Shown in pieces: positions 40,700-54,351 of a stretch of 64,000 nt of DNA. Origin of the DNA: Camelus ferus. Lineage: Eukaryota. The position numbers were made by a program, and so were the translations under genes. Positions within the stretch are counted from its first letter, which is position 1. Each line of letters begins with the position of its first letter. The stretch spans positions 7,442,001-7,506,000 of the forward strand of contig NC_045697.1 in the NCBI RefSeq assembly GCF_009834535.1, given 5' to 3'. The notes beneath the pieces were generated by a model. That model was not told where the DNA came from and did not search any database. It was given only the letters and a program-made list of their open reading frames with translations.

Positions 40700-41030
40700 A
40701 ATAAATCATTTGAAACGCAGTGCCCATCGCTTTGGTAAAGCTACTACACTTTAGAACCTTTTCCTAAGGCGGTAATTTAGCAGTACTACAAAGATGAATG
40801 TACAAGGATATTCATCTCAGTTTTGTTAATCAAAGCAATGGAAACAAGCTAAATGTGCCTCCATATTGGATAGGTTGTATAAATGATGGTTATTCAACTA
40901 ATGGAATACTCTGCAGCCTGTACAAAACTTGATGCATATTTGGTTTTTACATTGACTTGGAAAGAGGCCCATAACCTATTTTTGAGTGGAAGAGCAATGG
41001 TATAATCTTTTTTACATAAAATGATCTGTG
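40700..41030 (+). mobile_element. L1ME-like fragment
   Basis: 'tgtacaaggatattcatctcagttttgtt...ggaaacaagctaaatgt...atggaatactctgcagc'. Confidence 0.55.
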
Positions 41031-41231
41031 TATGTAAGAGGAAAAAAAAAAAAAAAAAGAGTCAGAGGAACAAGAGCCAGTTCCAGAAAGAGAAATCAAA
41101 CAGATTCTGGAAGAGAACGCTTGTGTTTGATGTCCCACGTGTATTACCTATGATTTTGTGGCTTTGAAGAAGTTTCTGCTGTTAATAGTTACTGCTTGTG
41201 TATCTACCAAGATGGTAATATTTTTCTTATA

Positions 41232-41404
41232 TCGTTATGGGCCGAATTGTGCTGCCCTCCTCTCAAAAGCATTTGTTGAATCCCCAAGCCTCCACTGTGA
41301 TGGTATTTGGAAGTGGGGCCTTTGGGAGACAATTAGTTTTAGATGAGCTTATGAGGGTGAGGCCCTTATGATAGAATTATTATTCTTATAAAAGAGCCAC
41401 CAGA
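41232..41404 (+). mobile_element. MLT1A-type (MaLR) LTR, 5' half only
   Basis: 'gttatgggccgaattgtg...tgtgatggtatttggaagtggggcctttgggag...gagggtgaggcccttatgat...cttataaaagag'. Confidence 0.8.
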
Positions 41405-41649
41405 TGGGAATGCAAGTTGGTGCAACCACTGTGGACAACATTATGGAGGTTCCTTCAAAAGCATACCATATGATCCAGCAATCCCACTCCTGGGTATACA
41501 TCCAGAGGGAACTCTAACTTGAAAAGACATATGCACCCCACTGTTCATAGCAGCACTATTTACAATAGCCAAGACATGGAAGCAACCTAAGTGTCCATTG
41601 ACAGATGATTGGGTAAAGAAGGTGTGGTGTGTATATATATATATATATG

Positions 41650-41681
<32 letters not shown>

Positions 41682-42098
41682 TACACACACAATGGAATAC
41701 TACTTAACCATGAAAAAGAAGGAAATGTTGCCATTTGTGGCAACATGGATGGACCTGGAGATTATCATACTAAATGAAGTCAGAGAAAGAGAAATATCAT
41801 ATGATATTACTTATATGTGGGATCTAGAAAAATGATACAAATAAACTTATCTACAAAACAGAAGTAGACTCACAGACATAGAAAACAAACTTAAGGTTAC
41901 CAAAGGGGAAGAGGGGGAATGCATTTGGAGTTTAGGATTAACCAATACAAACTATTATACATAAAATAGATAAACAACAAGGTCCTACTGTAGAGCACAG
42001 GAAACTGTATCATTATCTTATAATAACCTATAATGGAAAAGAATCTGAAAAAGAATACATATCTCTATATATACGTGTATATATATATATATATATAT
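41405..42098 (+). mobile_element. Cetartiodactyl-type L1 3' fragment with internal (TA)n(CA)n (41632-41691), ending in (TA)n
   Basis: ORF2 C-terminus MEYY...[23 protein letters not shown] (ORF 41629) plus 3' UTR. Confidence 0.95.
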
Positions 42099-42099
42099 C

Positions 42100-45050
42100 T
42101 TATTTTTGCATACATTAGCTACTTTATGTCTTTTCATTGGAACACTAAGTTCATTTATACTTAAAGTAATTTTTAATAGGTATATACTTATTGCCTTTTT
42201 ATTAATTCTTTTCTTTTTGTTTTTGTCTATTTTTTATTATTTTTTTGTTGAGGTATAATCAGTTTACAACGTTGTGTCAATTTCCTGGGTACAGTACAAT
42301 GTCATACATGGATATACATACATCCATTTTTGGATTCTTTTTCACCATAAGCTACTACAAGATATTGAATGTATTTCCCTGTGCTATACAGTATAAACTT
42401 GTTTATCTATTTTATATACCAATCAGTATCTGCAAATATTGAACTCCCAGTTTATCCATTCCCACCCTCCTCCCCCCGGCCAAAAAAAAAAAAAAGACAA
42501 ATGAACTTATATATAAAACAGAAACAGACTCAGACATAGAATACAGACTTGTGTTAATTGTTTTTGAATTGTTCTGTAGCTATTTTTTGTTCCTTCCTTG
42601 TTCCTTAGTTCTCTTCCCATATGATCTGGTGACTACCTTTATTATTAAGTTTGGATTCCTTTTTCTTTTTGTGTGTATATATCTACCATATATTTTCATT
42701 TTTTGTTACCATGAGGTTTATATATAGCGATGCACATATCAATGTGAATATTTTAAGATGCTAATCTCTTACATTCAAATGCATTTTAGAAACCCTGCAT
42801 AATTACATCCCCCCAACATGTTTACTGTTTTCGATGTCATTTTTTATGTGGTTTTTGCTTTGTGTGTCCTTAACTACTCAGTGTAGATATTGCTGATTTT
42901 ACTAGTTTTGCCTTTTATGCATTCTACTAGCTTTACACCTTTACTGTGTAAACGCCTTTACATAGGAGATTTTTCTCTCATAATTTTCTTTTTTACAATT
43001 GTGGCTTTTCTTTTTTTGTAGAGAAGTCCTGTTAACATTTCTTGCAGAACTGATTTGGTGGTGCTGAGCTCTTTCAGGTTTTGCTTATCTAAATTCTTGG
43101 TCTCTCCATTAAATCTGGGAGAAAGTTTACTGGGTAGAGTAGTCTTGGTTATAGGTTTTCCCTTTTCATCAATTTAAATACATTGTGCCACTCCCTCCCT
43201 GCAGAGCTTCTTCTGAAAAGTCAACTTATAACCTTATGGGAATTCCCTTGGACATAACTTGCTGCTCTTCTCCTCTGCTTTTAATATTCTGTCTTTATCT
43301 TTAAATTTTTTTCATTTTTATTTGTGTTGATCCTTTTTAAGATTCTCTGTGCTTCCTGGACCTAGATGTCTTTTTCCTTTGCCAGGTTAGGAAAATTTTC
43401 AGCTGTTATGTCTTCAAGTATGTCCTCTACCCCTTTCACTCTCTCTTCTCCTTCTGGAACCTCTATAACGTGAGTGCTAGAATCCTTGATATTGTCCAAC
43501 ATGTCTCTCAACTATCTTCATTTCTTTTTCTTTTTTTCTTTTCAGCTTCAGTAATTTCCACTACTCTTTCTTGTAGCTCACTGATTTGTTCTTTTCTATC
43601 ACCTGTTGATTGCCTCCAGTGTATATTTTTATTTCAGCTATTGTATTCTTCATCTCTCTTTGGTTCCTTTTTATTATTCTAACTCTTTGTTAAAATCTTC
43701 TAACTTCTCACTCTATTTATCCAATCATCTCCCACATTTTTTAAGTATCTTTATGACGATTACCTTTAATTTTTATCAGGTTGATTGCCTATTGTCACTT
43801 CACTAAGTTCTCCTTCTGGGATTTTATCTTGTTCCTTCATATTTATCTGTCACCTCATTTTGCAAGACTTGGTTGGTTATATTTCCCACCTTAGATAACT
43901 GGCCTTTTGTAGGAGATGTCGCCACATCCCAGTAGCTAATGTCTGTCTGGTCCCCAGAGCTACATGCTCTAGGGTGGTGCCCTATGTGGACTGTGTGAGT
44001 CCTTCTGCTGTGGCAGATTGACTACTATGGGCAGTCTGGTAGGCATGGCTGCCCCAGGTCAGATTGGTTGCCAGTCTCTGCCTTGTAGGAGGCTGCCAAG
44101 CACTGATGAGTGGGTCTAAGTCAGGAGGCTGCTGGCTGTGAAGTCCTGGGGTGTCCTGGGGCTAATGTTGGCCCACTAGCATATGGAGCTTGGTTCTCAT
44201 GTGGGTGGCTGCAGGGCTGGGGGCACTGGATCCAGTGTTCACCTCCTGATGAGCAGGCCCAGTTCCTCACAGGCCTGGCTATGGGGTTTGGGGTGTCCCC
44301 AAACTGATGTTGGCCCAGTGGTATATGAGACCATATCCCCAAATAGCTGACTGAGAGATCTAAGGTGTCTCAGTGCTAGTGTTGGCCTGCTGCTGGGCGA
44401 AGCTGGTGCACTGGGGCTCCTGGGATAGAACCAGCTCAATGTGGATGAAGCTTGGTCCCTGAGGTCTCCAGATACCAGGCCCTGGGGTTGCTAGAGCTTG
44501 TGTGAGCCTGCTGGTCACCAGTTTCTCACACAGCTGGCTACAGATCCATGATGCCCTGAAGCTGGTGTTAGCCCACTGGTGAATGGAGCTGGTACCCAGG
44601 ACAATTGGATGAGTGAGATTGTCTGTGCTTCTTATAAGAGTGGAGTCTATTTCTCACAGCCCTCTAGCTCTCCCAAAAGTAAGCCCCTCTGCCCTTCAAA
44701 TCCAAACATTCTTAGGGTCTGTTTCTCTGGTGCAGGACTCCCAGGCTAGGGAGCACAATGTGGGGCTTGGACCCCTGGATCCTTGGGTAGGGCTTCTACA
44801 ATTGTAATTATCCTCCTTTCTGGGGGGTCACCCACCCAGCAGTATGATCCTTGACTACATTGTATCTCCACCCCTCCTAATGATCTTGGCGTGGTTTCTT
44901 CTTTATATCTTTAGTTGTAGAAGGTCCTTCCTGGTAGTCTTCTGGTTTTTGTCTTCAACAATTGCTCTTTAAATAGTTACTTATAATGTGTGCGCCCATG
45001 GGATGAAAAGAGTCGTGGTCTTCCTGCTTTGCCATCGTGGCCGCTCCCCC
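42100..45050 (-). mobile_element. 5' portion of an old L1 (5' UTR, ORF1, start of ORF2), interrupted at 42208-42553
   Basis: The minus strand starts ggggagcggccacgatggc (L1 5' end with YY1-like motif). GC-rich 5' UTR 43880-45050; ORF1 relic ~43000-43800; ORF2 start relic 'gcaataagtatatacctattaaaaattactttaag' near 42150-42195. Confidence 0.85.
42208..42553 (-). mobile_element. Short young L1 with 5' inversion, TSD TTAATT
   Basis: Antisense tail and 3' UTR 42208-42480, sense segment 42481-42553; ttaatt at 42202-42207 and 42554-42559. Confidence 0.85.
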
Positions 45051-45239
45051 TTCTTAACCTTTTAACACAACAACTGTATTTTGTATCTGGTAATTCCAAT
45101 ACCTGAATTCCTCAGGGAGGCTTAAATATGTTCTTTATTATTTTTTCTTATTATCACTCATTATGACCAATTTCTTTACCTACTTGGCAATTTTTAGTTT
45201 TGAGCCCTTATTTTGTTGAATGCAATCAGTAGGAAACAA

Positions 45240-48200
45240 AAGCAAATGTCTTAAGAAATAGGAATTTAATGTACAGTACAAAATAGAAGTGTAAGAATAC
45301 CATATACAAATTGTGATTACTAATGTAACAAACATAAAAACCCTCCAAACTATCAGGTAAACAATAAACTGAAAAGAAAAGAAAAGATAAAAGAAAGTCT
45401 TTATAATAAAATATCTTTTAAGGTTATAAAGGCAGAATATACAATAGACCCACAAATCTAAACCTTAGCATATATGTATACCCATAAATATAAATAAAAT
45501 AAACTCAATTAAAAAATAATGTTTTATAATAATGTAAATGCAAACTTACGATGATTATAATAGATACACAAATATACCTAATTCATCCAAATATTATAAA
45601 ATTGTAATTTCTAGGGTGCTTCTTGGCTCAGTAGACATTAAAAAATTTTTCTAAGAGTAAATTTTTAAAAAAATGAATAAAACAACAACAACAACCCAGG
45701 AAGCAAAACAAGGACAAGGAGAAATAAGCAAATAAACAAGATAGGACTCTCTTGAATCCAGACACTGCTGTAAACATCTGATCTACCATGGGCAATGCAG
45801 GAAGATGAACTTGAGGTTCTTAATTAAAGTGAGGACTCTCGAGAGAGAAAATACCCTCTGGTTGCTGTCAGCATGTAAGATCTAACAGAAGTGAATCAAA
45901 TCTTCTGATAAAAGAAAAATAAAGACTAACTTAATCCTTTGATGAGATTCAACAAAAACATCAGGCTCAAATAAGCAATATTAAGAATAAAAAGAAAACA
46001 ATAAATAGAAATCCAAAAAAATTAAGCAAAAAAAAAAACTAAAATAATTTATAAATTAGCATATACCAATAAGTTTAAAAGTCAGTGGAAATTCTACAAA
46101 TTATAAATTACTGAAACCTACATAAGAAAAAAAAATAGAAAGCCTGAAAAACACTATAATCGTTAGAGAAATCAAATTAGTAGTTAACTAAAATTTCACA
46201 GGAAAGACAAATGGGCAATAAACATACACAGTCAAAAAAAAAAAAGCATAGGAAATATGCTGTACTTCATTACTAAGTAGGGGAATTTAAATTAAGACCA
46301 CAATTAGACATCATTTTACACCATGAGATTGGCAAAAATATTAATGGCTAATTGTATCGAATATTAATTGTGAGTATTCATTAAATTGAACCTTGGCACA
46401 CTGCTGGTGGGACTGTAAATTAATCCAAGCATTTTGACAAGTAATTGGGAGTTATTATATTATAAACTTGAATGGATGCATTAATACAAACCAGCAGTTT
46501 CTTGTAGAGAAACTCTAGAGTACCAGGAAACAGAGGCAAAAAATATTTACAGCAGTACAATTATACTATCATGAAACTGCTAACAATTCAATGTCTAGAC
46601 TATTTTACTACACCAAAAACAAATCAATTACAAAAATATACAATGAGAATGAATTTAGAAAAAATATTATTGAACTAAAATAACATACATGACCACAAAC
46701 AGCATGATTGTACATTCTCAGACATTATAAAAAGAAGAAAACCAAAATGCTATATTGTTTAGTGAGACATAAGTACAATTTTTTGTATTGTTGTTGTTAA
46801 ATTAGGTATAGATTGGTTCTAGACAGTCCAGATAGATTGATCAACAGATGGATATACAAATATGGGTTTGACAGTACATAGATAAAAAAACTTCACTTTT
46901 TAAATACCAAATAACCTGGGCTAAGGTAGAAAGTTCCTTTTAAATGGTAAATGAAACTAAATGTCTCTTCACTCAGCCACACAAAGTTTTCTAACTGCTG
47001 CATAACCACATTTAGAATTCTAGCATAAGCATTCTGACTGCTTTCAGCCAGAACTTTAAAACAGAGATCATTCCAATGCTATTTGAATTGTTTTTGATCT
47101 TTTTATGATGTATATATAAATTGACAATGAAATTAAACAAAAAAGGTGAAACAAAAAAATCTTAATTTATTGAATTAATAAATGTCAATGTATTTTGGAG
47201 AAATTACTATATGCCAGGCAGTTTTACTGCTAAAATTTTAGCAAAAAAAAAAAAAAGCAACATCAAAAATAAAACAAAACAAAACAAAACAAATTTAAAA
47301 AAACAAATAAACAACAACAAAAAAAGGGCTAATATTTGTTTTCATGGACCCTTTATTTTAATTGGGGAGGATAGATAAGTAAAAAATCACTGAGATAAAT
47401 AATTTGATGCAGACATCATAAATTTAGTTTCAGCAAGTAGGTTTTAGAAGCATATTAAAAATTTTAGTAGACCATCATTATGTAATATTCAGGAAGACAA
47501 TGGTTGAAAACTAAGAATGTATTAATGTAATTAATCCCATTACTTGATCTGGGGGAAAAAAAGATTATTTCTCTCAACATTAAAGTGACCTCTGATAAAA
47601 TTAAATATTATTGTTTTTAGAAAAAAAAACTACAAATATAAGAATTTCTAACATAAGAAATACATTTTCACCTCAGCCTCAAAGCCAACAGACATGTAAG
47701 GAAAACAAAGAAGTATTCCTATATATTCCTACTAACGTCTAGGCAAGGAGGCCGACTGTTAATTATATTTCTGAACACAAGCAAACATAAACACATAAGG
47801 TAAATACACTATAAGTGTAAAATGGTAAAGTAGGAATTAAAATTATCATTCTTGGCAGGTAAAATGATTATCTGGAAAATTTAAGGCAACCAACTGAAAA
47901 CTTATTGTAGCCAATGAGAGAATAAGACAAGGACACAGCAGAGAAATACATAAATGAGTGAAACCAGTAGGCAATTACAGAGGACAAAGGAGAACTCACA
48001 TGGGATAACGGAGATCCTTTTAAAATCTGAAATACAAGAGGTAAAATATGTAGAAATAAACTTTAAGACTTCAAATGTCTTTGAAGGAGTACAGAAGAAA
48101 ACTTGAATGAATGGAAGGCACAGTTTAATTTTGGATGGGCACTTTAAACATTGTAAATAAGTCAGTTTTTCCATGTTAAGTTATACATTTACATTTAATA

Positions 48201-49360
48201 ATTTAATATTATACTCATAAAAATACTAATACATTTTGTTTTTGTCTTTTTATTTCAAAATGAATTCCAAACATTTTTTAGTTAAAAACAAGTTCATCAG
48301 GAATAGAATGAAAAAGATATGAATCCAAAATAGTAATGATTACAGACTACACCTACCAGGTATTTAAGTAGCTAGACATTATTGTTAAACAGTATTGATG
48401 TGCTACGTGAAATTAAGCCATTAAATAATTAACATAGATATCCTAGAAAAACACCCATATCCATACAGAAATTTTCTTATGAGGAAGGTGAGGTCTAAAG
48501 TACTTGGGAGAAATATTGGTCTTTGAAAAACATCTTGTCATGGCTAGGTAGATATGAGAAAACAAATAAAAATGATTGTGCCTATATTTCAAATGTCAAC
48601 CAGGAAAATTCCCAAATGAAAAAAGAAGAGTGAAATGTATAAATACATCTAAAAATAATAGAGGAAACAATGGAAGAATTACTGTGTAATTTCCGAAGAG
48701 GGAAAGCCCTTCTTAAGTGTAAAATAAATGCCACAAAACATTCAGCTTCTTAAACTACATCAAATTAAAAAAAAATAGATGACAGTTTTGACATACTAAA
48801 CATTTGTAATTCATACGTCAGACACAAAGCTAATTTCCTTAATATGTAAAAGGCCTAACATGACAGCAGGGTTTGACAAAAATCAGATGGATGAAGAGCA
48901 AAAGAAGAGAAAAGGTAACACCCTGGTAGCCACGGTGGGAGGAAATGAGCGCTAGGCGTTGGTATAACCGCTGTGAAGAACATATTGCAAATTACAGCAA
49001 AGCAACAAACGTGGATGCATGTTAAGCTAACCGTCCCGCTGATATATTTGCATATTGCTGAATTTTTGTATGTACAAGCTTATTCATTGCAGCATTATTT
49101 TGAATAAGATCAAAAAAGGCTGGAAAGCGCCTAAAGGCCTCTATGTGGGGTTTAATGTAATAAATCATCATGTATCGATACAATGGAATAGAAAGAAAAA
49201 AAGTTCTTATGTGCTTAATGGAAAGATCCCCAGTTAGAGAAGGAATGTCCGTAGTGAGACAATGTCAATTTATTTATGATACTTTATGTATATTTATTAT
49301 TTGTAATTTTAACTTTCTGAAACTTATGAATAACATTACCTAGAAAATAAAATGAAATAA
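45240..49360 (+). mobile_element. Patchwork of very old, A-rich L1 (L1ME-like) ORF2/3' fragments
   Basis: 'aaattaagaccacaattagacatcattttacaccatgagattggcaaaaat', 'ctgctggtgggactgtaaat', 'attaatgtaattaatcccatta' and 'gaaaacttgaatgaatggaagg'. Boundaries are uncertain. Confidence 0.65.
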
Positions 49361-50484
49361 AGTAAAAACTCTAGTGATTTTCCAGAGAAGCATAATAATA
49401 ACAGTAACCATCAAAGAACGTGAGAAAACAATGGCCAGTGTGCCCACGGAGATCCAGGCAAGGCTCACCTCGTTCACTGCGTCTACACATGCGCCTTTAA
49501 TGACACTGGTGCCCCAGCGAGCCCAGCAAGGGCCCCTGGGACAGCGGGGGTCCTGGGGCGCTTCCCAATTCTTCTTTTCTATTAATCTTGCTTTTGAAAG
49601 GGATTCTCAACTGCGCAGTAAGCTGCTTATTTAATAACTTATTTTTTGAGCAATACACTGAAAACTAAAATGACTTTTTAATAAGATAGTCCCTGTTGCC
49701 AGAAAATTAGTTATTCAGGGATTTTTTTCAGAACATGCATTTGCTATAACTGATAGAGCAGAACAGCTCTTACAATGTGCACTCTCCGTATGGAAGGGTG
49801 TGCATTTGTACAAATGAGTGTTCACAAGCCCAGAATTGAAAACGGGTCTCAGGTATAGATTATTCATTATAAAGTTCCCTCCCACTCCCAAATCTGTCTA
49901 GAGGGAGGAAAAAAACAGCTTTAACTGGGTCCACATTTAATTTGAAATCAGTGACAAAGTTTTTCCACCTATAAAGCATGCTTTTATTTGTCAAATGTAG
50001 TGTGAAAAGTTAAAGCACAAAGTATTTTTTTCTTTAATTTTACAAAAAGGCATTTGAATAATATTTCAATAACTGCTGTTAAGGATTTTCATGAACCAAG
50101 ATCAAAAAAACACATGAATCTCCTTTTGTTTTATGAGAATTAAAGAGCAAAGTGAAAAGTACAGTAACCCCGCTTGGAGGTACAGGGGTTTTTAGACACA
50201 TGAGAAAAAGGACTATAAGGTTATGAAACTGCAGAATGAGAAGAAATGTGGGACAATTTCTCCCTTTAGACTCTCTCCCAATTTCAGAGGATACGATCAT
50301 TAGTGCCAGGAAAGTCTCCAGGCTCAGGCAGATCAAAGTTCATCTTTCTGGTTTGAAATTAGTTTCCGCAGAAGTTCACTGTTCTCGGACATTTGCGATT
50401 CATCAAATCAGGTTAAGAAGAAATAACCAGAGGTAATCTACACAACAGTGAGGGCAATATTTTGATTCAGTCTTGCACCTGCTC

Positions 50485-50660
50485 CACAGATCAGAACATT
50501 TTGAAGCTGAAAAGGAACCTAGAAGTCACTGTACCAGCCCTTCTCGTTTAACACAGAAGAAGACTTGAATTAGGAAGTGTTCCTGGTGACCCAGTCCAAG
50601 TGGAACACAGGGGTCCTAGGACCCAGACGTCCTCATGGCCAGATTGCTCACTTCCACCCC
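50485..50660 (-). mobile_element. MIR/MIR3 fragment
   Basis: 'agaacattttgaagctgaaaaggaacctagaagtca...cccttctcgtttaacacagaagaagact'. Confidence 0.55.
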
Positions 50661-51621
50661 CCATAGCAGCAGACTTTCAGACTAGATCTATCAAAATGGT
50701 ACCATGATGCATTAGAAAAATGACAGAGCGCAAATCACTTCAGTTTCCAGAATTCAGTCACCCGGCTTCAAATATAGAAAAATGCTACCTTTTCATCTAT
50801 TTCATACAATGGATTGGTGAACAAGAATTTATCAGAAATTAAAATACTAGGACTTTCATCGATGTCCTAGGGACATGAGAAATTGCTCATATCTGACCAA
50901 TTGAGTAACAACCAAGGCAACAAGGAAGAAAAGCAGTGTAGTGTGGTTCAAGTTAAAAATGCACCCGGGAGTGTTGAAGCAGGCGAAAGATGCCCAAAGC
51001 TCTCAAATCTCAACTTGAATTCCTTTCTTTAGTGATTTAACTTCACCTTTCTCTCTCCACTAGCCTGGTTCTTTATTCATTAACAAATTCTTTCTTCTGT
51101 CCTCAAATTCCTATAAATCAGAATGTTCCTCACTTGCTTTATGCCCAGTGTGTCCACGGCAACTCACCCCAGGTCCTTCTATCCTGACCACCCCACTCCA
51201 TTCTGTCAGACACAGACATCGGGATTGAATGGTCTTTGTCCCACAGTGTATCTATTCCTTCTTAAGTGTAAATGAATAAATTAGCCTTCCTTTGACCTGG
51301 CATCCTCCAGACCTAAAGCCACTTCTGGTATTTCTTTCTCCCTCATCAAATTTCTTTAAAGTGTAGTTTTTGTCCTAGTTTCTGTGGGAGCAGGTGCTGC
51401 TCAAAGTGGAGAATTTAGCCCCCAGTTCAGCATCTTTTCATGACTCTATGGCTCTGAAGCATTTGGATTGTGGCAGGAGGACAGAGTGGTAGGAAATAAA
51501 GAAACTGAGAAGCCAGCTGCGGGGCCCACAGCCCAGGTGTCACTTCCTAGTGTGTGATCGGGGCACATTACTTAGCTGTTCTTTGCCTCATTTTCCTCTG
51601 ACAGGGCTGTGATGTTCACAC

Positions 51622-52147
51622 TGTAGTGTTTAGCTGGCTGACACTCTCTGAAGCCGCACTAAAGTTAGAAAACCCCCACCCCAGGGCTCTCTGTGAGCCT
51701 GGAGACATCTTTCCCCCAATTCCCCACAGCTGGACCCACTGCATGCCTGCATTTCTGCAAAATAAAAACATCTTCCCTTGAGCAAAACGAACTGCCCAGG
51801 AGACAGCCCGTCTCACAATACCCCAGGCCAAGAGGGCTCACAGCCTGCCCTTGGCCGAATCGTAAACCCTGGTATAGTTAGTCCCTGACGGGTCTTACAA
51901 CCAATCAGGTACCTGTGCACAAAGTGATCTTGCAGCCCCCTCCTCCTCGTGTGCGCCGACCCTCCCCCCAATAAACAAACAGCACGCCCACCCTGGGTGC
52001 CCCCCCAGGCACCCCTTGCCTGCGTGGCCCGCTGTTGCCTGCAGCAGCTTATCTACTAAACCTCCCCTTTGTTCTTAAATCCTTGTGGTCCTTGGTTCTT
52101 TGTTAATTCTTTTACCACCCACGACAGCCTGAGTTGTGTTCACAACA
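51622..52147 (+). mobile_element. ERV-like solo LTR inserted in a MIR
   Basis: TG...CA termini, 'aaccaatcag' and U5-like 'aattcttttaccaccc'. MIR sequence lies on both sides (~51480-51615 and 'taggttgattgtgaagat' at ~52150). No TSD seen. Confidence 0.6.
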
Positions 52148-52220
52148 AGTAGGTTGATTGTGAAGATGGTCATGTACTAGAGATTTAAAACAGGATCATC
52201 TCTACCTTTCTCTTGTTGCC

Positions 52221-52464
52221 TGTCAAGGATAAACGAAGCTGGGCGCTGATGAGAGCAGTAAGGATAGACTGTATTCACAGTAACTATTGTGACGGGAAAG
52301 AAGAGGGTCCAGCAGGAACTGAGCTCAACTTCACTGAAACAAAAGGCTGGAGATGTTTTTGTGAGTCGGGGTGCTGGGGGAAGGCCCCCACCCTAGGCCA
52401 AATCCATTCTTCAAGTGCGCTGGTGGGCAGTGTGAGAAATAGGTAGAGAAGTGAACCCTGAGCA
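52221..52464 (-). mobile_element. ERV1-like LTR 3' fragment (related to 6297-6953)
   Basis: Shares 'aactgagctcaac...tgaaacaaaag'; the minus strand ends ...ccttgaCA. Confidence 0.55.
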
Positions 52465-53121
52465 TGTTGCCAGGGGATGTAACCGGTGCTCCAGGTCCTT
52501 GTCCCGTCCCAGAAAGAATTCAGAGACAAGATGTAGTGGTTAAAAAAGTAAAATGAGGATTTATTAAAGGATGGATAGTACATTCTCAAGGGGAGAGCGG
52601 GCAGGCTCAGGTGAGCGGCTGCCCTGAGTTTCTTTGGCAAGTTTGTTACAGGGTGTAAAAATGAATGGGCGGAATATTCATTGGGGAGGGAAGGGTTTGA
52701 GGTCGTATTCCCTAATTTTCATCCCAACTCCAACTTTCCAAAGGCTGGAAGGATTTTCATCCTTATTTAGTCTGGATCAGAAGTGTTGTGGTGTCAGTGC
52801 AGGATGGGTCCTTCTAATCTGCAAGGCTAATTTTATTGAAATGAGGGCATTATAAGCAAAAGGTTACATTTGGACACTGGAAATTTCTGCCCTTTTCTCA
52901 CCTTTCTTTGTTGGCCTCCGGGCTTCTTATCAGCCCCAAAGGTGTAATCACTTATTAGCCCAGAGGTTCCTGCTTTTCTTTCTCTGCCCAGGGACCCCTG
53001 GTGCTTACATGATGTGTGGTTTCCTGTATTTGACCCGTGCCCCTCCTTGCTGCCCAATTCCTGCCATTTGGTCTGTGTCCCCCTTTCTCTGCTTGTATCT
53101 AGCTATTTGCCTGCTGTAACA
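52465..53121 (-). mobile_element. ERV1-like solo LTR
   Basis: Minus strand TGTTACAGCAGG...GGCAACA, with poly(A) signal (plus-strand 'tttatt' at ~52560) and U5 'gaattctttctgggacgggacaaggacc'. Confidence 0.8.
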
Positions 53122-53394
53122 AAAGCACCATCCACAGGGTACCCCCAAGGCCCACACCAGCTTGTGACAATACCCAACTACCAGTAGCGTGATGTGGATG
53201 CACAGAGCTTTAAACGTACTTAAAATCTCACCAGCAAAATGTGGTTCTAGCTAAATGTCACCATCCTCTTTGTAGGACGGAAAGGGCAGTGTTACTCCTG
53301 AACATTCCTTTTCAGGACTATAATGTGTGAGTCTGACCTCTCTTCCAAGTTTGTGGGGAGCACCTGGAGGGCAGGAAATAGTCCTGACTTGGGG

Positions 53395-53600
53395 TCACCT
53401 GAGACCTGGTTGCAACATCTCAGCTTTGTCAACTTCTTACTACTTGTATGATTTCAGTTAAGACATTTAAACTTTGTAAACTTGTATTTTTATCTGTATT
53501 TATTGTATTTCATTCTGAACTACAAATAGTAGCTCTTTCAAAGGGTCATAGTGAGAATTAAGCGATATGACGCATGCATTTTAGGGAGCTTTTGGCGAAT
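53395..53600 (+). mobile_element. MIR SINE
   Basis: 'gagacctggttgcaacatctcagctttgtc...cttactacttgtatgatttcagttaagacatttaa...agggtcatagtgagaattaa'. Confidence 0.6.
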
Positions 53601-53830
53601 AATACATATTTGTTTTTTATTAAAGTATTTAATATATTAAGTAATTATTTGATATTAGTTAACAATGAATTATACTACACATGTAATTCTTGTTTGATTA
53701 TATTATTATTTAATATTAATTAAATAAGTGATTAAATTTATGTTTATAAATCATAAACCATATTATCCTTCTCAAAAGATAAGACTTAATGTCTTCCACC
53801 TCCTCCTTGCTCTCCTCCTCCTCCTCCTCT
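53600..53830. repeat. AT-rich low-complexity tract followed by (CCT)n (53798-53830)
   Basis: Directly visible. Confidence 0.8.
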
Positions 53831-54351
53831 TTCTTCTTTGCTCTCTCTGTGTCTGACAGCTTTGACAATTCCCCCACTTAAAGTGTACCATTCGATGTTT
53901 TTTATCCTTTAGACAGATTTCCCTATACCAGATCAGGAAGGAAAAGGAACTTTCACAACTGCCCTTTTTATCCCCAACTGTTGGCACACTCGTTTTGCCT
54001 AAGGATGGGAAGAAAAGTTGTACAAGGACTTGTGCAGTGGGCACCAGGACGAAGGAACAAGTACCTCTGTCCCCTCCCCTTACTATCTTTTACTGCATCC
54101 ATCATCTTGAGATGTTTGTTCTCGTAGAACAAAACAGTTCAATTATTGGCTTTTGCATTCCTAAAGCAGATGTTCTGGTTTATACCATAGAGTTGGAATA
54201 TTCTCTGACCCAGCTCGTCTTCTCTTGCCCAACAAGACATAAAGCCTTTCCAGAAAAAGGAGCATGGCCACAGGCAGATGGGAGAGCTAAGGGGCAGATT
54301 TCCACGAGGAGGTTGCAGGTGGATTCGTGCTCCCTCCCATCTTAATCCTAC

